Assembly: GCA_020632095.1 (NCBI GenBank)
Contig: JACKGF010000001.1
Coordinates: 541,366-605,365, forward strand
DNA length: 64,000 bases
DNA from: Candidatus Nomurabacteria bacterium
Lineage (GTDB): Bacteria > Patescibacteriota > Minisyncoccia > Phycocordibacterales > UBA918
Direction of reading: 5' to 3'
A model generated the notes under the pieces. The model worked only from the letters and a program-made list of their open reading frames with translations, had not been told where the DNA came from and made no database searches. Below, in pieces: positions 41,585 through 51,207 of this stretch. A program made the position numbers and the translations under genes. Each line of letters starts with the position of its first letter. The first letter of the stretch is position 1.

Positions 41585-42988
41585 TTATATGGATGGATTT
41601 GGTGTTGTTTCAAATTCAACCGAGGTTTCTGCTGGTTCTTGAGTAGGTTCGCTAATCTCAGACTTTAATTTTTTTGGAGTTTCTGCTGAGTTTTTATCTA
41701 TATCAAGACAGGTCGTTCGGTCTCCTAATGGCACCATGATGGTCTTTTTGTAGCCATCGCTATCGACACACCAGTCAACTTTTCCTGTTGAAAATGATGC
41801 TGCATAACTACCTTCACTTTCAATACAATCAACTAAACTATATTCTGTATCTGAAGACTTGATTGATTCACATACTCCATCGTATGAAGAATTATTTGTA
41901 TCAAAGTATTCTCTGGCCAGATTATCAATCACGCTGAGTTGCTGTTTCATATCAATTGATTCAGACAGTGCAGTATCGCTATTGGATTGATTATAAGAAT
42001 CTGTATTTTTTATTACTAAACTGATGAAGAGGATAGTTAAAACTGGAGCTAAGATTGCCAATGTAACATACTTCCATTTATCTGAGTCTGGCTGCATAGG
42101 GACTTGAGGTGGAGTATTGGTAGACAAACCGCGATACAAAGCCGCTCCAGCGTGAACAAAAATTATCACCATTAAGGCAGATAAAACCTGCGTCCCAAAG
42201 TCAAAAAATAAATCGAAGGTCTTGCTGTTCCCTGCTCCTGCGGTAGTGAAACCAATAATCAATCCCAAGACAAACATCACCCCCAGAAAAGTGATGCCCA
42301 TCAAGCCAATTCTAACCGCAATTGGCCACCAGTTATTTTGTACTAAGGCTCGACTTCGCATTAAAGCATTAAAACCACGCAATCCTTCGCTGACATAGAC
42401 ATATTGTGAAAAGTATAGAAACACCGACACAATAATCCCTGGAATAATAAACAAGTAAAAGCCCCCCAAAACAACCAAAGAAGTTAGCATTGAAATCCAA
42501 AATAAACTAAAAAAATTGGATTTAGACCAAATAAAAGCTTCTTTATACCCTATATGTCTTCCACTATTTTTTGACACTACAAACAACAAAGCATTAACAC
42601 TTAGTAGGTAGAGCACTATAGCAATAAAGTTTAATATTGGTACCACATTAGCCAATATGGCCTGACCATCTAGCATTGAGCTGTTTGAGAGGTAGTCAAT
42701 GATTGCTAAGGACAATAACGGCAACATTATTGGCAGAATGAAGTCGGTGCGATTTTTAGTGAAAGCCCAGCCATTTTTTATCAGCTCTGAAACACTAGGC
42801 AGAGACGATAGCGGAATCGGCTGTAACTCTAAATCAATCGGATTTGCTATTTGTTGTTCGGCAAGTTTAAATGCCTGCCCCACCATTTCATCACTATGAC
42901 CAGCCTGATGGAGCTCATCGACAATACTTTCCCTCGATCGACCGAGAATGATTCTTTCTTTGACGGCTTTAATTAATTCTGGTGACAT
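41585..42988 (-). CDS. Membrane protein with an N-terminal cytoplasmic helical domain and multiple TM helices (paralog of 44192-46120 in the N-terminal domain)
   Basis: The N-terminal domain MSPELIKAVKERIILGRSRESIVDELHQAGHSDEM aligns with MDQETKDAVRERLSLGYSEEKIINELVAAGYPEDL. Cys-containing C-terminal domain. Confidence 0.5.
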   Translation of the reverse strand: MSPELIKAVKERIILGRSRESIVDELHQAGHSDEMVGQAFKLAEQQIANPIDLELQPIPLSSLPSVSELIKNGWAFTKNRTDFILPIMLPLLSLAIIDYLSNSSMLDGQAILANVVPILNFIAIVLYLLSVNALLFVVSKNSGRHIGYKEAFIWSKSNFFSLFWISMLTSLVVLGGFYLFIIPGIIVSVFLYFSQYVYVSEGLRGFNALMRSRALVQNNWWPIAVRIGLMGITFLGVMFVLGLIIGFTTAGAGNSKTFDLFFDFGTQVLSALMVIIFVHAGAALYRGLSTNTPPQVPMQPDSDKWKYVTLAILAPVLTILFISLVIKNTDSYNQSNSDTALSESIDMKQQLSVIDNLAREYFDTNNSSYDGVCESIKSSDTEYSLVDCIESEGSYAASFSTGKVDWCVDSDGYKKTIMVPLGDRTTCLDIDKNSAETPKKLKSEISEPTQEPAETSVEFETTPNPSI

Positions 42989-43065
42989 AATGATTTTTGT
43001 TCCTTAATAATACTTATTATTATAATAACATTTTGCAGCTTGGCCAGACTGGCGTACAATGCACA

Positions 43066-43767
43066 ATGCATATGAATACCATTGAAACAATAGTAATGTC
43101 GGTTGGGGGTTCTTTGATAGTTCCAGACCAAATCGACACAGACTTCCTTACTAAACTTAAAACCTTTGTAGACACCGAAACGGCTAATGGCCGTCGTTTT
43201 ATTATCATTGCTGGCGGTGGTAAGACTGCTCGTCGTTATCAAGATGCGGCCGCCGAAGTGACTGAGTTAACCAACGACGATCTCGATTGGATTGGATTGC
43301 ATGCTACCCGTCTCAATGGACACCTACTGCGCACCATCTTCCGCAACAGTGCTCACCGAGAAGTGATAAAAAATCCTGATGATATTCTGGATGTTAACCC
43401 CGAAGAAAAAGTGGTGATTGCAGCTGGCTACCGGCCGGGCTGTTCGACCGACCTACGAGCAATTCAGATTGCGGAGCGGGTGGGAGCAAAGAAAGTCATT
43501 AACCTTTCTAATATAGATCATGTTTATACAGCTGATCCACGAATTGACCCAACAGCTACTAAAATTGAAAATATTTCTTGGGCAGATTTCCGAGCGCTGA
43601 TTCCAGCTGAATGGGATCCTGGATTATCTTCACCATTTGACCCTGTCGCTGCAAAAGCGGCAGATGAACTCGAAATTGAAGTAGCGATAATTAACGGCGA
43701 CAAGCCAGAAGCTCTAACGAATTATATTAATGGTGAAGAGTTTTTTGGGACGAAAATTGGGGGATAG
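43066..43767 (+). CDS. pyrH: UMP kinase (short/archaeal-like form)
   Basis: IIIAGGGKTARRY and HVYTADPRIDPTATKIENISWAD match the PyrH GGGN and VFTADPxKDPTAT regions. Start chosen at MHMNT; the ORF track starts at 42997. Confidence 0.65.
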   Translation: MHMNTIETIVMSVGGSLIVPDQIDTDFLTKLKTFVDTETANGRRFIIIAGGGKTARRYQDAAAEVTELTNDDLDWIGLHATRLNGHLLRTIFRNSAHREVIKNPDDILDVNPEEKVVIAAGYRPGCSTDLRAIQIAERVGAKKVINLSNIDHVYTADPRIDPTATKIENISWADFRALIPAEWDPGLSSPFDPVAAKAADELEIEVAIINGDKPEALTNYINGEEFFGTKIGG

Positions 43768-43773
43768 TTTGGA

Positions 43774-43830
43774 GGCGAAGTGAATTAAAAGGGGTGGGCC
43801 TAAGGCCCACCCCTTTTAATTCACTTCGCT
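43774..43830. terminator. Long perfect inverted repeat (about 26-bp stem) between convergent genes. Bidirectional terminator.
   Basis: Sequence GCGAAGTGAATTAAAAGGGGTGGGCC-TAA-GGCCCACCCCTTTTAATTCACTTCGC. Confidence 0.55.
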
Positions 43831-44181
43831 CTACCGCGCGTGCACCAGCTTCCGCAAATACCGTAGCTCAAGGGCTTCTAACACAACCAACACAATTACA
43901 CTTATAAGTATCAAATAAACACTAGTAACTTGCACTAAAGTAATAATAAATCCACTCATACTGGAAGCTTCAGAACTAACTGGAGTTGAACCTGATTGAT
44001 CGGTCGAAATGTTAGTCAGCGGAATTTCAACTGACGACACCCCGAAGCTCACAGCCGCCGCTAAACAGGCTGATTGTCCATCAGCACAATACTTGGCTAT
44101 TTGTTGTATAGTCACCGTACTAAAGGAAAGTAATCCAACCATTAGTGAAGCAGTAGCAATATTTCTAATTGATTTTCGCAT
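43831..44181 (-). CDS. Small secreted/membrane protein
   Basis: 116 aa with a signal peptide and C-terminal TM. Confidence 0.4.
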   Translation of the reverse strand: MRKSIRNIATASLMVGLLSFSTVTIQQIAKYCADGQSACLAAAVSFGVSSVEIPLTNISTDQSGSTPVSSEASSMSGFIITLVQVTSVYLILISVIVLVVLEALELRYLRKLVHAR

Positions 44182-44191
44182 AGATTAATTA

Positions 44192-46120
44192 TTAAGGTGA
44201 AATAAAATCTGACTGATACTGAGGAATTGCATCTTCCATACTTACACTTGATGTTACAGATGGGTCTTCTGGTAATCCTGAAGGACAACTATAAGCACCC
44301 TCATCCGGCGGTAATAATACTTCCCAAGCTGCTCCTGTACTATCGATACAAAAATATGTTGGTTCGTATAACAAAGCCGTATAAATAACATATTCTGAAT
44401 CGTTGGCAGAACATTCAGTAGCGACCGTATAGATTGGATTGCTTCTTAACTCTGAACAAACGGAAGCGTAAGAATAATCGTTTTCGTTATAAATCAACTC
44501 CGCCATTGACCTCATTCTGGTTAATTCTACTTTAACTGTCATATCGTAATTATCTTGCTGATACTGCTTTTGCATTTCAGAAAACATGTCTGATAAAGAT
44601 TTAGGATGAACATTATCAGGCATAGTAATATCAATCGCTTCGTTATTATGCCCAAAAGTTGTCTCAAATTTTACATCTACTTGAGCCTTCACCTCCCCAC
44701 CACCTGGAACAAACACACTTCCGACATAAACCCCCTGAATACTTCCGTCAGTTCTAAAAGTGAATTTTAGGTCAACCAATTCATTAAACACTTCAAAATC
44801 TTCACGCGACGGTATTTCTCCCATCAATACACTAATGTCTTCGCCTCGACCGTAGACACTATGACTCTCTTCTGCCATAGAATTAATAAATGTCATTAAA
44901 TTATCGTAGTCAACATCTACCTCATATTCATACAAAGTCTCTCCATCTTTCACAATTTTCTTCGGGTCACTAACAAATTTTATTGGTGGGTTTTGCTCCA
45001 ATGCAGCAACGGTGTACTCGACCATATGCTTTTGATCATCAGTCATAGCCGAAGTCTGCAGACCCAAAGCCTGCACACCGCTAGCTAACTGATTTACAGC
45101 GAAACCATTTTTCGATAGAACTGAGTCCTCACCGACCAACAACAAATTGGCAAACAATGTGCTATTTAAGCCTGAAAATAAAGATTCAACTGGCTTGAGC
45201 GTCTGTTTCAAAACTGGTATATCTTCCATAAAACGATCTTTTTCTTCTGCGCTGGCCAACAAAATCCAAGTATCGACAGGAATTTCCATAGGCATTTGCG
45301 ACTTAAACATGGCTGGAATGTCGGTTATTTTTGCGTACAGATTTCCTTCCGTTAGCCGAACTCCAGCTCCAAGCTGGATGATAAATGGTTCTAGCAGAGC
45401 ATTTAAGTTCATATCTAAATCAAACTCTGGGTTTGTCTCATCTCTAATATCTACCAAACCAGAAATAGAAAAGTTTAGATTACCTTCGGTCGGAATCTCT
45501 TGCCCACTCAATTTTGACAAACTATCCAAATCACTGTTTTCATAAACCAGAGTCTCAGGCGCTCTTGGTTGTAGCTCAACGTTATAATCAGTGTTAAATG
45601 AAAAAGCTTTCATTTGATAAGAAGTGGAGACCAGACCAGTTATCATCTCTCCCTCATTTTTGTAAGGAGCTGATGACAAAAGGCCACTGAAATATTCCTG
45701 TATGGTTTGAAAACCCCCAAAAGCGGCCGCATAAATAAATCCAGACAAAACAACCACTAACGCAATCGCTAGTACAATAACTAAGGTTCGGTGATTGGCA
45801 GGTTTAGGTGAAGATGTAACCAAAGGTGACGAAGGAGAGGTTGATTCTGATTGCTGAGAAGTTTTTGAATTATCATTAAAACTAACCCCTTCTTCTATAA
45901 CAGCAGGCTGAATGACCTGAGCTTGGGAAACAATTACCTCTTCAATTGGTTCATCAATCGGCAGTTGCCCTTTCACCGAATCCTCTTTAATCACCGTTCC
46001 ATAAACCTCAGCTGCTAGGTCTTCAGGGTAACCAGCGGCCACTAACTCGTTGATAATTTTTTCCTCTGAATAGCCGAGAGACAACCGTTCTCTGACAGCG
46101 TCTTTAGTTTCTTGATCCAT
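44192..46120 (-). CDS. Membrane-anchored protein with a large extracytoplasmic domain (paralogous N-terminal domain to 41585-42988)
   Basis: 642 aa. N-terminal helical domain, one TM (LVIVLAIALVVVLSGFIYAAAF), Cys-containing C-terminus. Confidence 0.5.
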   Translation of the reverse strand: MDQETKDAVRERLSLGYSEEKIINELVAAGYPEDLAAEVYGTVIKEDSVKGQLPIDEPIEEVIVSQAQVIQPAVIEEGVSFNDNSKTSQQSESTSPSSPLVTSSPKPANHRTLVIVLAIALVVVLSGFIYAAAFGGFQTIQEYFSGLLSSAPYKNEGEMITGLVSTSYQMKAFSFNTDYNVELQPRAPETLVYENSDLDSLSKLSGQEIPTEGNLNFSISGLVDIRDETNPEFDLDMNLNALLEPFIIQLGAGVRLTEGNLYAKITDIPAMFKSQMPMEIPVDTWILLASAEEKDRFMEDIPVLKQTLKPVESLFSGLNSTLFANLLLVGEDSVLSKNGFAVNQLASGVQALGLQTSAMTDDQKHMVEYTVAALEQNPPIKFVSDPKKIVKDGETLYEYEVDVDYDNLMTFINSMAEESHSVYGRGEDISVLMGEIPSREDFEVFNELVDLKFTFRTDGSIQGVYVGSVFVPGGGEVKAQVDVKFETTFGHNNEAIDITMPDNVHPKSLSDMFSEMQKQYQQDNYDMTVKVELTRMRSMAELIYNENDYSYASVCSELRSNPIYTVATECSANDSEYVIYTALLYEPTYFCIDSTGAAWEVLLPPDEGAYSCPSGLPEDPSVTSSVSMEDAIPQYQSDFISP

Positions 46121-46222
46121 CAGATTAATAATAGCATGAGGGTTTTAGATTATTTGGCTTAGGATTGGAAAACTACAGCCAGTCCTTTGGCCTGCCTGTA
46201 GTTTTCCAATCTGCACGTCAAC

Positions 46223-46951
46223 TTACTCCAATTCCTCAAATACCTCCTTTTGCGCTTTATTCAAGCGCTCAGCTACCATCTTGCAATAGGGATTGTATTT
46301 ATACATATCAGCAAAAAGATTCTGGTCACCAGCTACACTCTCCACCGCGTCCATTAAAAATTGAAAAGCGAGTACGTCACTATCCACTCGAGTAAAACCA
46401 GCCTTCAGAATTGATTTGCCAACATGATGAGTCAAGAACAAAGTTTCAGAAAAACGTTTGTCATGCTCGTCAGCAGTCATTTCTATAATATTAAAACCTA
46501 ACGAAGCAAAAGTGTCTTTAAGAACTTGATAACCATCATTTCGCAAAACATAATCCGTTACTACAATTGTAAAACCATTCACATCACCCTTGTATTTTTT
46601 ATAGCTATCAGGACCAAACATCGGATGAATAGAGATAAATTTATTATTGATACAATATTTATATAACAATTTGCTTGTATATAGCTTGACTGTGGCCACA
46701 TCAACAATAATAGTCTCCGACGACGCATGCTCTAATACACTGATCAACTGTTCTTCATATTCATTAATTGCTCTACATAAAATAACAATGTCTGATTGTG
46801 CTACTGTCTTAAGGTCAAAAAAAGTTTGACTGTCTATCTCTTCACGCCGTGAATAAATGCGAAATTCAACTTCCGGAAAAAACCTACTGCCTAGATCATG
46901 CAAGAATTTGCCAAAGTGACCATATCCAATTATTCCAACTGTGTTAATCAT
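46223..46951 (-). CDS. Prephenate/arogenate dehydrogenase-family protein
   Basis: N-terminal GIIGYGHFG Rossmann motif and the HPMFGP motif conserved in TyrA. Confidence 0.5.
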   Translation of the reverse strand: MINTVGIIGYGHFGKFLHDLGSRFFPEVEFRIYSRREEIDSQTFFDLKTVAQSDIVILCRAINEYEEQLISVLEHASSETIIVDVATVKLYTSKLLYKYCINNKFISIHPMFGPDSYKKYKGDVNGFTIVVTDYVLRNDGYQVLKDTFASLGFNIIEMTADEHDKRFSETLFLTHHVGKSILKAGFTRVDSDVLAFQFLMDAVESVAGDQNLFADMYKYNPYCKMVAERLNKAQKEVFEELE

Positions 46952-47495
46952 GATATTGATGCAAAAAATTATCCACCTGTCGTTCTAGATCCTCTATCGA
47001 ATCAGAGTTCATAATTACAAAGTCTGATTCCTTAAGTGCCCCGAAAATATCTTGTTTGGTTGGATCATCTGGGTTTGATTCACGTATTTCTTGAGCACGC
47101 CATTCTGCAAAGGAAACATGATCGGTTTCACTACCCCTCCTCACCACTCGATCATATCGTACCTGAGGGTCAGCATCGACCCCAAGCACCACTCCACCCT
47201 GTTCTTTTACGTATCTAACTTCTGCAACCGCCCTAAGACTCTCCACCACAGCATCACCACCACACGCTTTAGCTTGTTCCACTAATTGCTCTAAAATATA
47301 TGCTGGCCCATGAGTCTTTCGTAAATCATTAGCCACTACTGTTGTGACATCTCTATCAACCAACAAACCACGTTTTTTGATTTCTTCAATTATAAAATTT
47401 CGGGCAGAAAAATGTTTGAATCCTTTTTTGCTCACCAAATAATCAGCTACACAGCCTTTTCCTGCCCCAAATGAACCTGTAATTCCAATTATCAT
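46944..47495 (-). CDS. P-loop nucleoside/nucleotide kinase (dephospho-CoA kinase-like / NMP kinase-like)
   Basis: IIGITGSFGAGKG Walker A at the N-terminus. 183 aa. Confidence 0.45.
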   Translation of the reverse strand: MIIGITGSFGAGKGCVADYLVSKKGFKHFSARNFIIEEIKKRGLLVDRDVTTVVANDLRKTHGPAYILEQLVEQAKACGGDAVVESLRAVAEVRYVKEQGGVVLGVDADPQVRYDRVVRRGSETDHVSFAEWRAQEIRESNPDDPTKQDIFGALKESDFVIMNSDSIEDLERQVDNFLHQYHD

Positions 47496-47600
47496 AAGTG
47501 AATTTTATTATAAAACCAAAACTAACCCTAATTTAGGGGTTCTGACCTCAGCTATACATGATACTCCTACTTATAATACGGAGCAAGTGAAGTAAAATTT

Positions 47601-48581
47601 CTATTTGGCAACGGCTTTTTTCTCGTCTTGCCACTTAGCGTAAGCAACCACCAGTGGACTAGCAATACAGATTGAGGAATAAGTTCCGGCCACCACCCCA
47701 GCAATCATAACCAGAGCAAATATCTGTGTCGCTGCGCCACCAAAAATATACAGTGCAAGCAAAGCAATTAAGGTTGTCATCGAAGTATTGATAGACCGAG
47801 ACATGGTTTCTGAAACAGCACTACCAACAATTTCTTCATAAGGTTTCGTAAGATTGTAAACTACAGTCTCGTGAGTAACTCCAGCTTCCACTTTTTTAGT
47901 ACGCTTTTCAGTTCGATTTAAAATTAAGTTTTCACGCACACGGTCAAACACTACGATGGTGTCGTTAACGGAGTATCCCAGTACCGCCAATATTGCCATT
48001 ACAAAGAGAACATCTACCTCAACCCCAGCAAAATGACCCAATGTGCTAATAAGAGCAGTTGGTACTAATACATCATGAATCAATACAAAGATAGTAATTC
48101 CACCATAAGTCCAAGAACTAACTGGGGTACCGATACCAGAAAAAGCAAAGGCTACGTAAAGAATAATCACTGATACTACTCCAAAAATGGCCCACACCGC
48201 TTTGTCTTTTAGCTCCTGACCAATCACTGGACCAATAGAAGTGAAACGAGTGATTTCTCCACCTTCACCAAGTGAGGTAAGGCTTTTGGTTAGAGCGTCA
48301 TGTTGTTCTTCAGTCAAATCCTGAGTGCGGATTAGGTAAGCCGAGCGACCAGCCTCATCTTCTGAGGCTCGAACTGATGAAGAACCGTCAAAATTTTGTT
48401 CCGCCACAGCAGATTCAACCTGATCCTTTTCAGGAGCAACCTGATACGACACTTCAGTTAGAGAACCCCCAGTAAAGTCAATTCCCAACTTAAGCCCAAG
48501 CACACCGACAATAACCACACTTCCTACCATAATGAAAGCAGCTATCAGCAAAAATATTTTTCTATAAGTAATTGCAAACAT
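47601..48581 (-). CDS. secF: Protein translocase subunit SecF
   Basis: GIDFTGGS motif. Six-TM RND-like topology. Adjacent to secD. Confidence 0.85.
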   Translation of the reverse strand: MFAITYRKIFLLIAAFIMVGSVVIVGVLGLKLGIDFTGGSLTEVSYQVAPEKDQVESAVAEQNFDGSSSVRASEDEAGRSAYLIRTQDLTEEQHDALTKSLTSLGEGGEITRFTSIGPVIGQELKDKAVWAIFGVVSVIILYVAFAFSGIGTPVSSWTYGGITIFVLIHDVLVPTALISTLGHFAGVEVDVLFVMAILAVLGYSVNDTIVVFDRVRENLILNRTEKRTKKVEAGVTHETVVYNLTKPYEEIVGSAVSETMSRSINTSMTTLIALLALYIFGGAATQIFALVMIAGVVAGTYSSICIASPLVVAYAKWQDEKKAVAK

Positions 48582-48595
48582 ATTATTTTTTGAAT

Positions 48596-48670
48596 GAAGT
48601 AATGAGCGAAGCTATTATACTGAATTTATGTCAGAATTTGTTTTGCCTTTAAGCAAATTCTGACCTAGAC
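48596..48670. repeat. MITE-like dispersed element (core AATGAGCGAAGC + hairpin GTCAGAATTTG..CAAATTCTGAC)
   Basis: About 75 nt shared with 33230-33300. The core 12-mer also occurs at 25896-25930 and, reverse-complemented, at 50262-50285. Confidence 0.55.
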
Positions 48671-50123
48671 CGCTACCGAGTAAAATTGCGAATATTCCGC
48701 CGTCTGCTTTCTTAATGTCAGGCAACAAAATCAGGAAAGTTCTAGTAATTATGAGAGCAGAAAACATTGACATAACCACTCCCATTCCAAACACTAACGC
48801 AAAGCCTTTCACCATAGATGAACCAAACCAGAAGAGAATAATCGCGGACAAGAGACTAGTAATATTACCATCACGAATGGCACTCCAAGCGCGAGAAAAG
48901 CCAACTTTGGAAGCTTCTCGACTACTGGCTCCGTTCCTGAATTCTTCTTTCATTCGCTCAAAGACAAGAACATTAGCATCTACTGCCATACCGAGTGAGA
49001 GAATAAATCCAGCGAGACCAGCCGCGGTTAGAGTAACTGGCACGAGCTGGAAAAAGGCCAACATCACTGTGATATATGACACTAAAGCGAGACCAGCCAC
49101 CAACCCAGGCAAACGGTACCAAAGTATCATAAAGACAAGCACTAGAGCAAAACCATACATACCAGCTTGAACACCCTTACCAAGTACTTCGGCCCCAAGT
49201 GACGCTCCTACAGTCTGAGTGCTTTGTAATTCAATCGGTACTGGCAAGGCACCGAAGTTTAAGTTTTGAGCTAGATCCTTAACCTCTTCACGCGTAAAGT
49301 CTCCAGTAATAACCGCTCTTCCCCCAGAAATAGCTTCGTTGATTCTTGGTGATGATAGCAATTGACCATCTAGAAAAATCCCCAATTGTTCACCAACGTG
49401 AGCTTTGGTTATTTCTTCAAACAATTTACCCCCTTCATCATTAAATACAATATTTAAATATGGTGAAGTAGAAAAACCAGAACCACGATTATTTTGTGGC
49501 AGCATTGCCTCTGCACTCTTGAAGTACCGTCCGGTCAAACCAGTATCTGAAAAAGGCGCCTCGTCCATAATACTCTCATCGATTGCTTCCCCGTCGATAC
49601 TCACATTACTGATTGAAGCTCCAGAACTACTAGAGTTTTCTTTAAGAGATTCTAGATTACGTAATTGGTCTTGTTTAGCTGCTTTATCAGCATCATAAAG
49701 CTTAAACTCAAGCAGTGGGGTCTTGCCTATTTCAGCCACTGCCATACTAACATCAGTCACCCCAGGCAGCTCAACTACTAATCGTTCGATTTTATTATCA
49801 GTTACAAAACTACTACTTTCCACCTGCACAATTGGCTCTGATACACCGAAGGAATTGACTCGGCGTTCAATCACGTCCCTTAACACACCCATCAACTGCG
49901 GGACTTCGGTTGGATTAATACTAGAAACATCGGCTTCATATACTAAGTGAGAGCCACCCGCTAAGTCTAAACCAAGCTTAAATGGGTGTGTTGAATCATC
50001 CTTAGTAGCGTTTTGATAAACCCAAAAGGCAGCGAAAACAATGAGCCCAGCTACTACCAACGCTCTAAAAGCCCGTAAGAAAGCTTCGGTTTGAGGTGAA
50101 TTTTTTGTTGTAGGTTCTGACAT
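48615..50123 (-). CDS. secD: Protein translocase subunit SecD
   Basis: LGLDLAGGSHLVYEAD motif. The last 16 codons are encoded by the MITE-like repeat. Confidence 0.85.
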   Translation of the reverse strand: MSEPTTKNSPQTEAFLRAFRALVVAGLIVFAAFWVYQNATKDDSTHPFKLGLDLAGGSHLVYEADVSSINPTEVPQLMGVLRDVIERRVNSFGVSEPIVQVESSSFVTDNKIERLVVELPGVTDVSMAVAEIGKTPLLEFKLYDADKAAKQDQLRNLESLKENSSSSGASISNVSIDGEAIDESIMDEAPFSDTGLTGRYFKSAEAMLPQNNRGSGFSTSPYLNIVFNDEGGKLFEEITKAHVGEQLGIFLDGQLLSSPRINEAISGGRAVITGDFTREEVKDLAQNLNFGALPVPIELQSTQTVGASLGAEVLGKGVQAGMYGFALVLVFMILWYRLPGLVAGLALVSYITVMLAFFQLVPVTLTAAGLAGFILSLGMAVDANVLVFERMKEEFRNGASSREASKVGFSRAWSAIRDGNITSLLSAIILFWFGSSMVKGFALVFGMGVVMSMFSALIITRTFLILLPDIKKADGGIFAILLGSGLGQNLLKGKTNSDINSV

Positions 50124-50286
50124 ATTTAAATACTATGGCACCTTTTATAACATAGTAGAGCTTATTTATACAGCTTACATAAAGGAATAAAGTGTTTTCT
50201 GTTTAATCCTCGTCCAGGAATGACCTAGTTTTTAAGGAGAGATTTTCTCGACTTTAAAAACGGAAATGACTGCTTCGCTCATTTAC

Positions 50287-51084
50287 TCACTTATATTGAC
50301 GGACTAACCGCAACAGGTTACGCAACAAGTAAGCAATGGTAATTGGCCCGATGCCGCCTGGCACTGGAGTGAATAAACTAGCCACTTCAGCCACTTCGGG
50401 ATGAACATCGCCCGCCAATACTCCCCCGTCTTCCGAGGCGCCCGCGTCAAAAATAATCACTCCATCTTTGACTAGTTCTCTAGTGATGAAATGGGGTTGA
50501 CCGATTCCACTGATGATAATGTCAGCAGTCTTTAACTTAGACTGGTCAAAAGTTTCTTTAGTAAAAATAGTTACCTCAGCTCCGTTCTTTTCAGCGTAGC
50601 TGGCGGCGGGCTGTCCAACCAGTCTACCTTGCCCCAAAACTATCACTTTTTTACTCGCCCAATCAAGATTGTACTTGGTGGAGATTTCGTCAATCGCCCC
50701 GACAACAGGAGGCAGACAAGCTCCCTCCTCCCTGCCGTATAGAAACCCGTCCGGATCTTTGTCGACCGGAACTGCACTCAGGACAACCTCTCTGTCTATC
50801 TGTGATGGTAACGGCAACTGAACCAAAACCCCATCTGACTCTTTAGCCACTTGCTCGATACAATCGGTCACATCTTTAGTAACAGAATCAACAGCCAGCT
50901 CAACCACATTCAAATTAATCCCCACCGCACCAGCCTTTTGCTTCTTCATTTCCAAATACTTCTGCGTCTCAAAATTCGGCGCACAAGTAATAACCGACAA
51001 CTTCGGCACGTAATCTAAAGCGGTAACCTCCCTAGCCACCGCTTCCAATATATACCCCGCAATCGCTTTTCCATCCACTAACAT
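50287..51084 (-). CDS. folD: Bifunctional methylenetetrahydrofolate dehydrogenase/cyclohydrolase
   Basis: VQLPLPSQID and GQGRLVGQPAASY...PGGIGPITIAYLLRN. Confidence 0.8.
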   Translation of the reverse strand: MLVDGKAIAGYILEAVAREVTALDYVPKLSVITCAPNFETQKYLEMKKQKAGAVGINLNVVELAVDSVTKDVTDCIEQVAKESDGVLVQLPLPSQIDREVVLSAVPVDKDPDGFLYGREEGACLPPVVGAIDEISTKYNLDWASKKVIVLGQGRLVGQPAASYAEKNGAEVTIFTKETFDQSKLKTADIIISGIGQPHFITRELVKDGVIIFDAGASEDGGVLAGDVHPEVAEVASLFTPVPGGIGPITIAYLLRNLLRLVRQYK

Positions 51085-51207
51085 GAGCGCAGTATAGCAG
51101 AAAAATAAAGCAAAGTGATATTAAAATACAACCTCCCTCTAAGCCGGTCTTAGGGGAGAAAGGCGAAGCTGTCCCACCCCAGCCCCCTCCTCACCGACCA
51201 ATACCAA

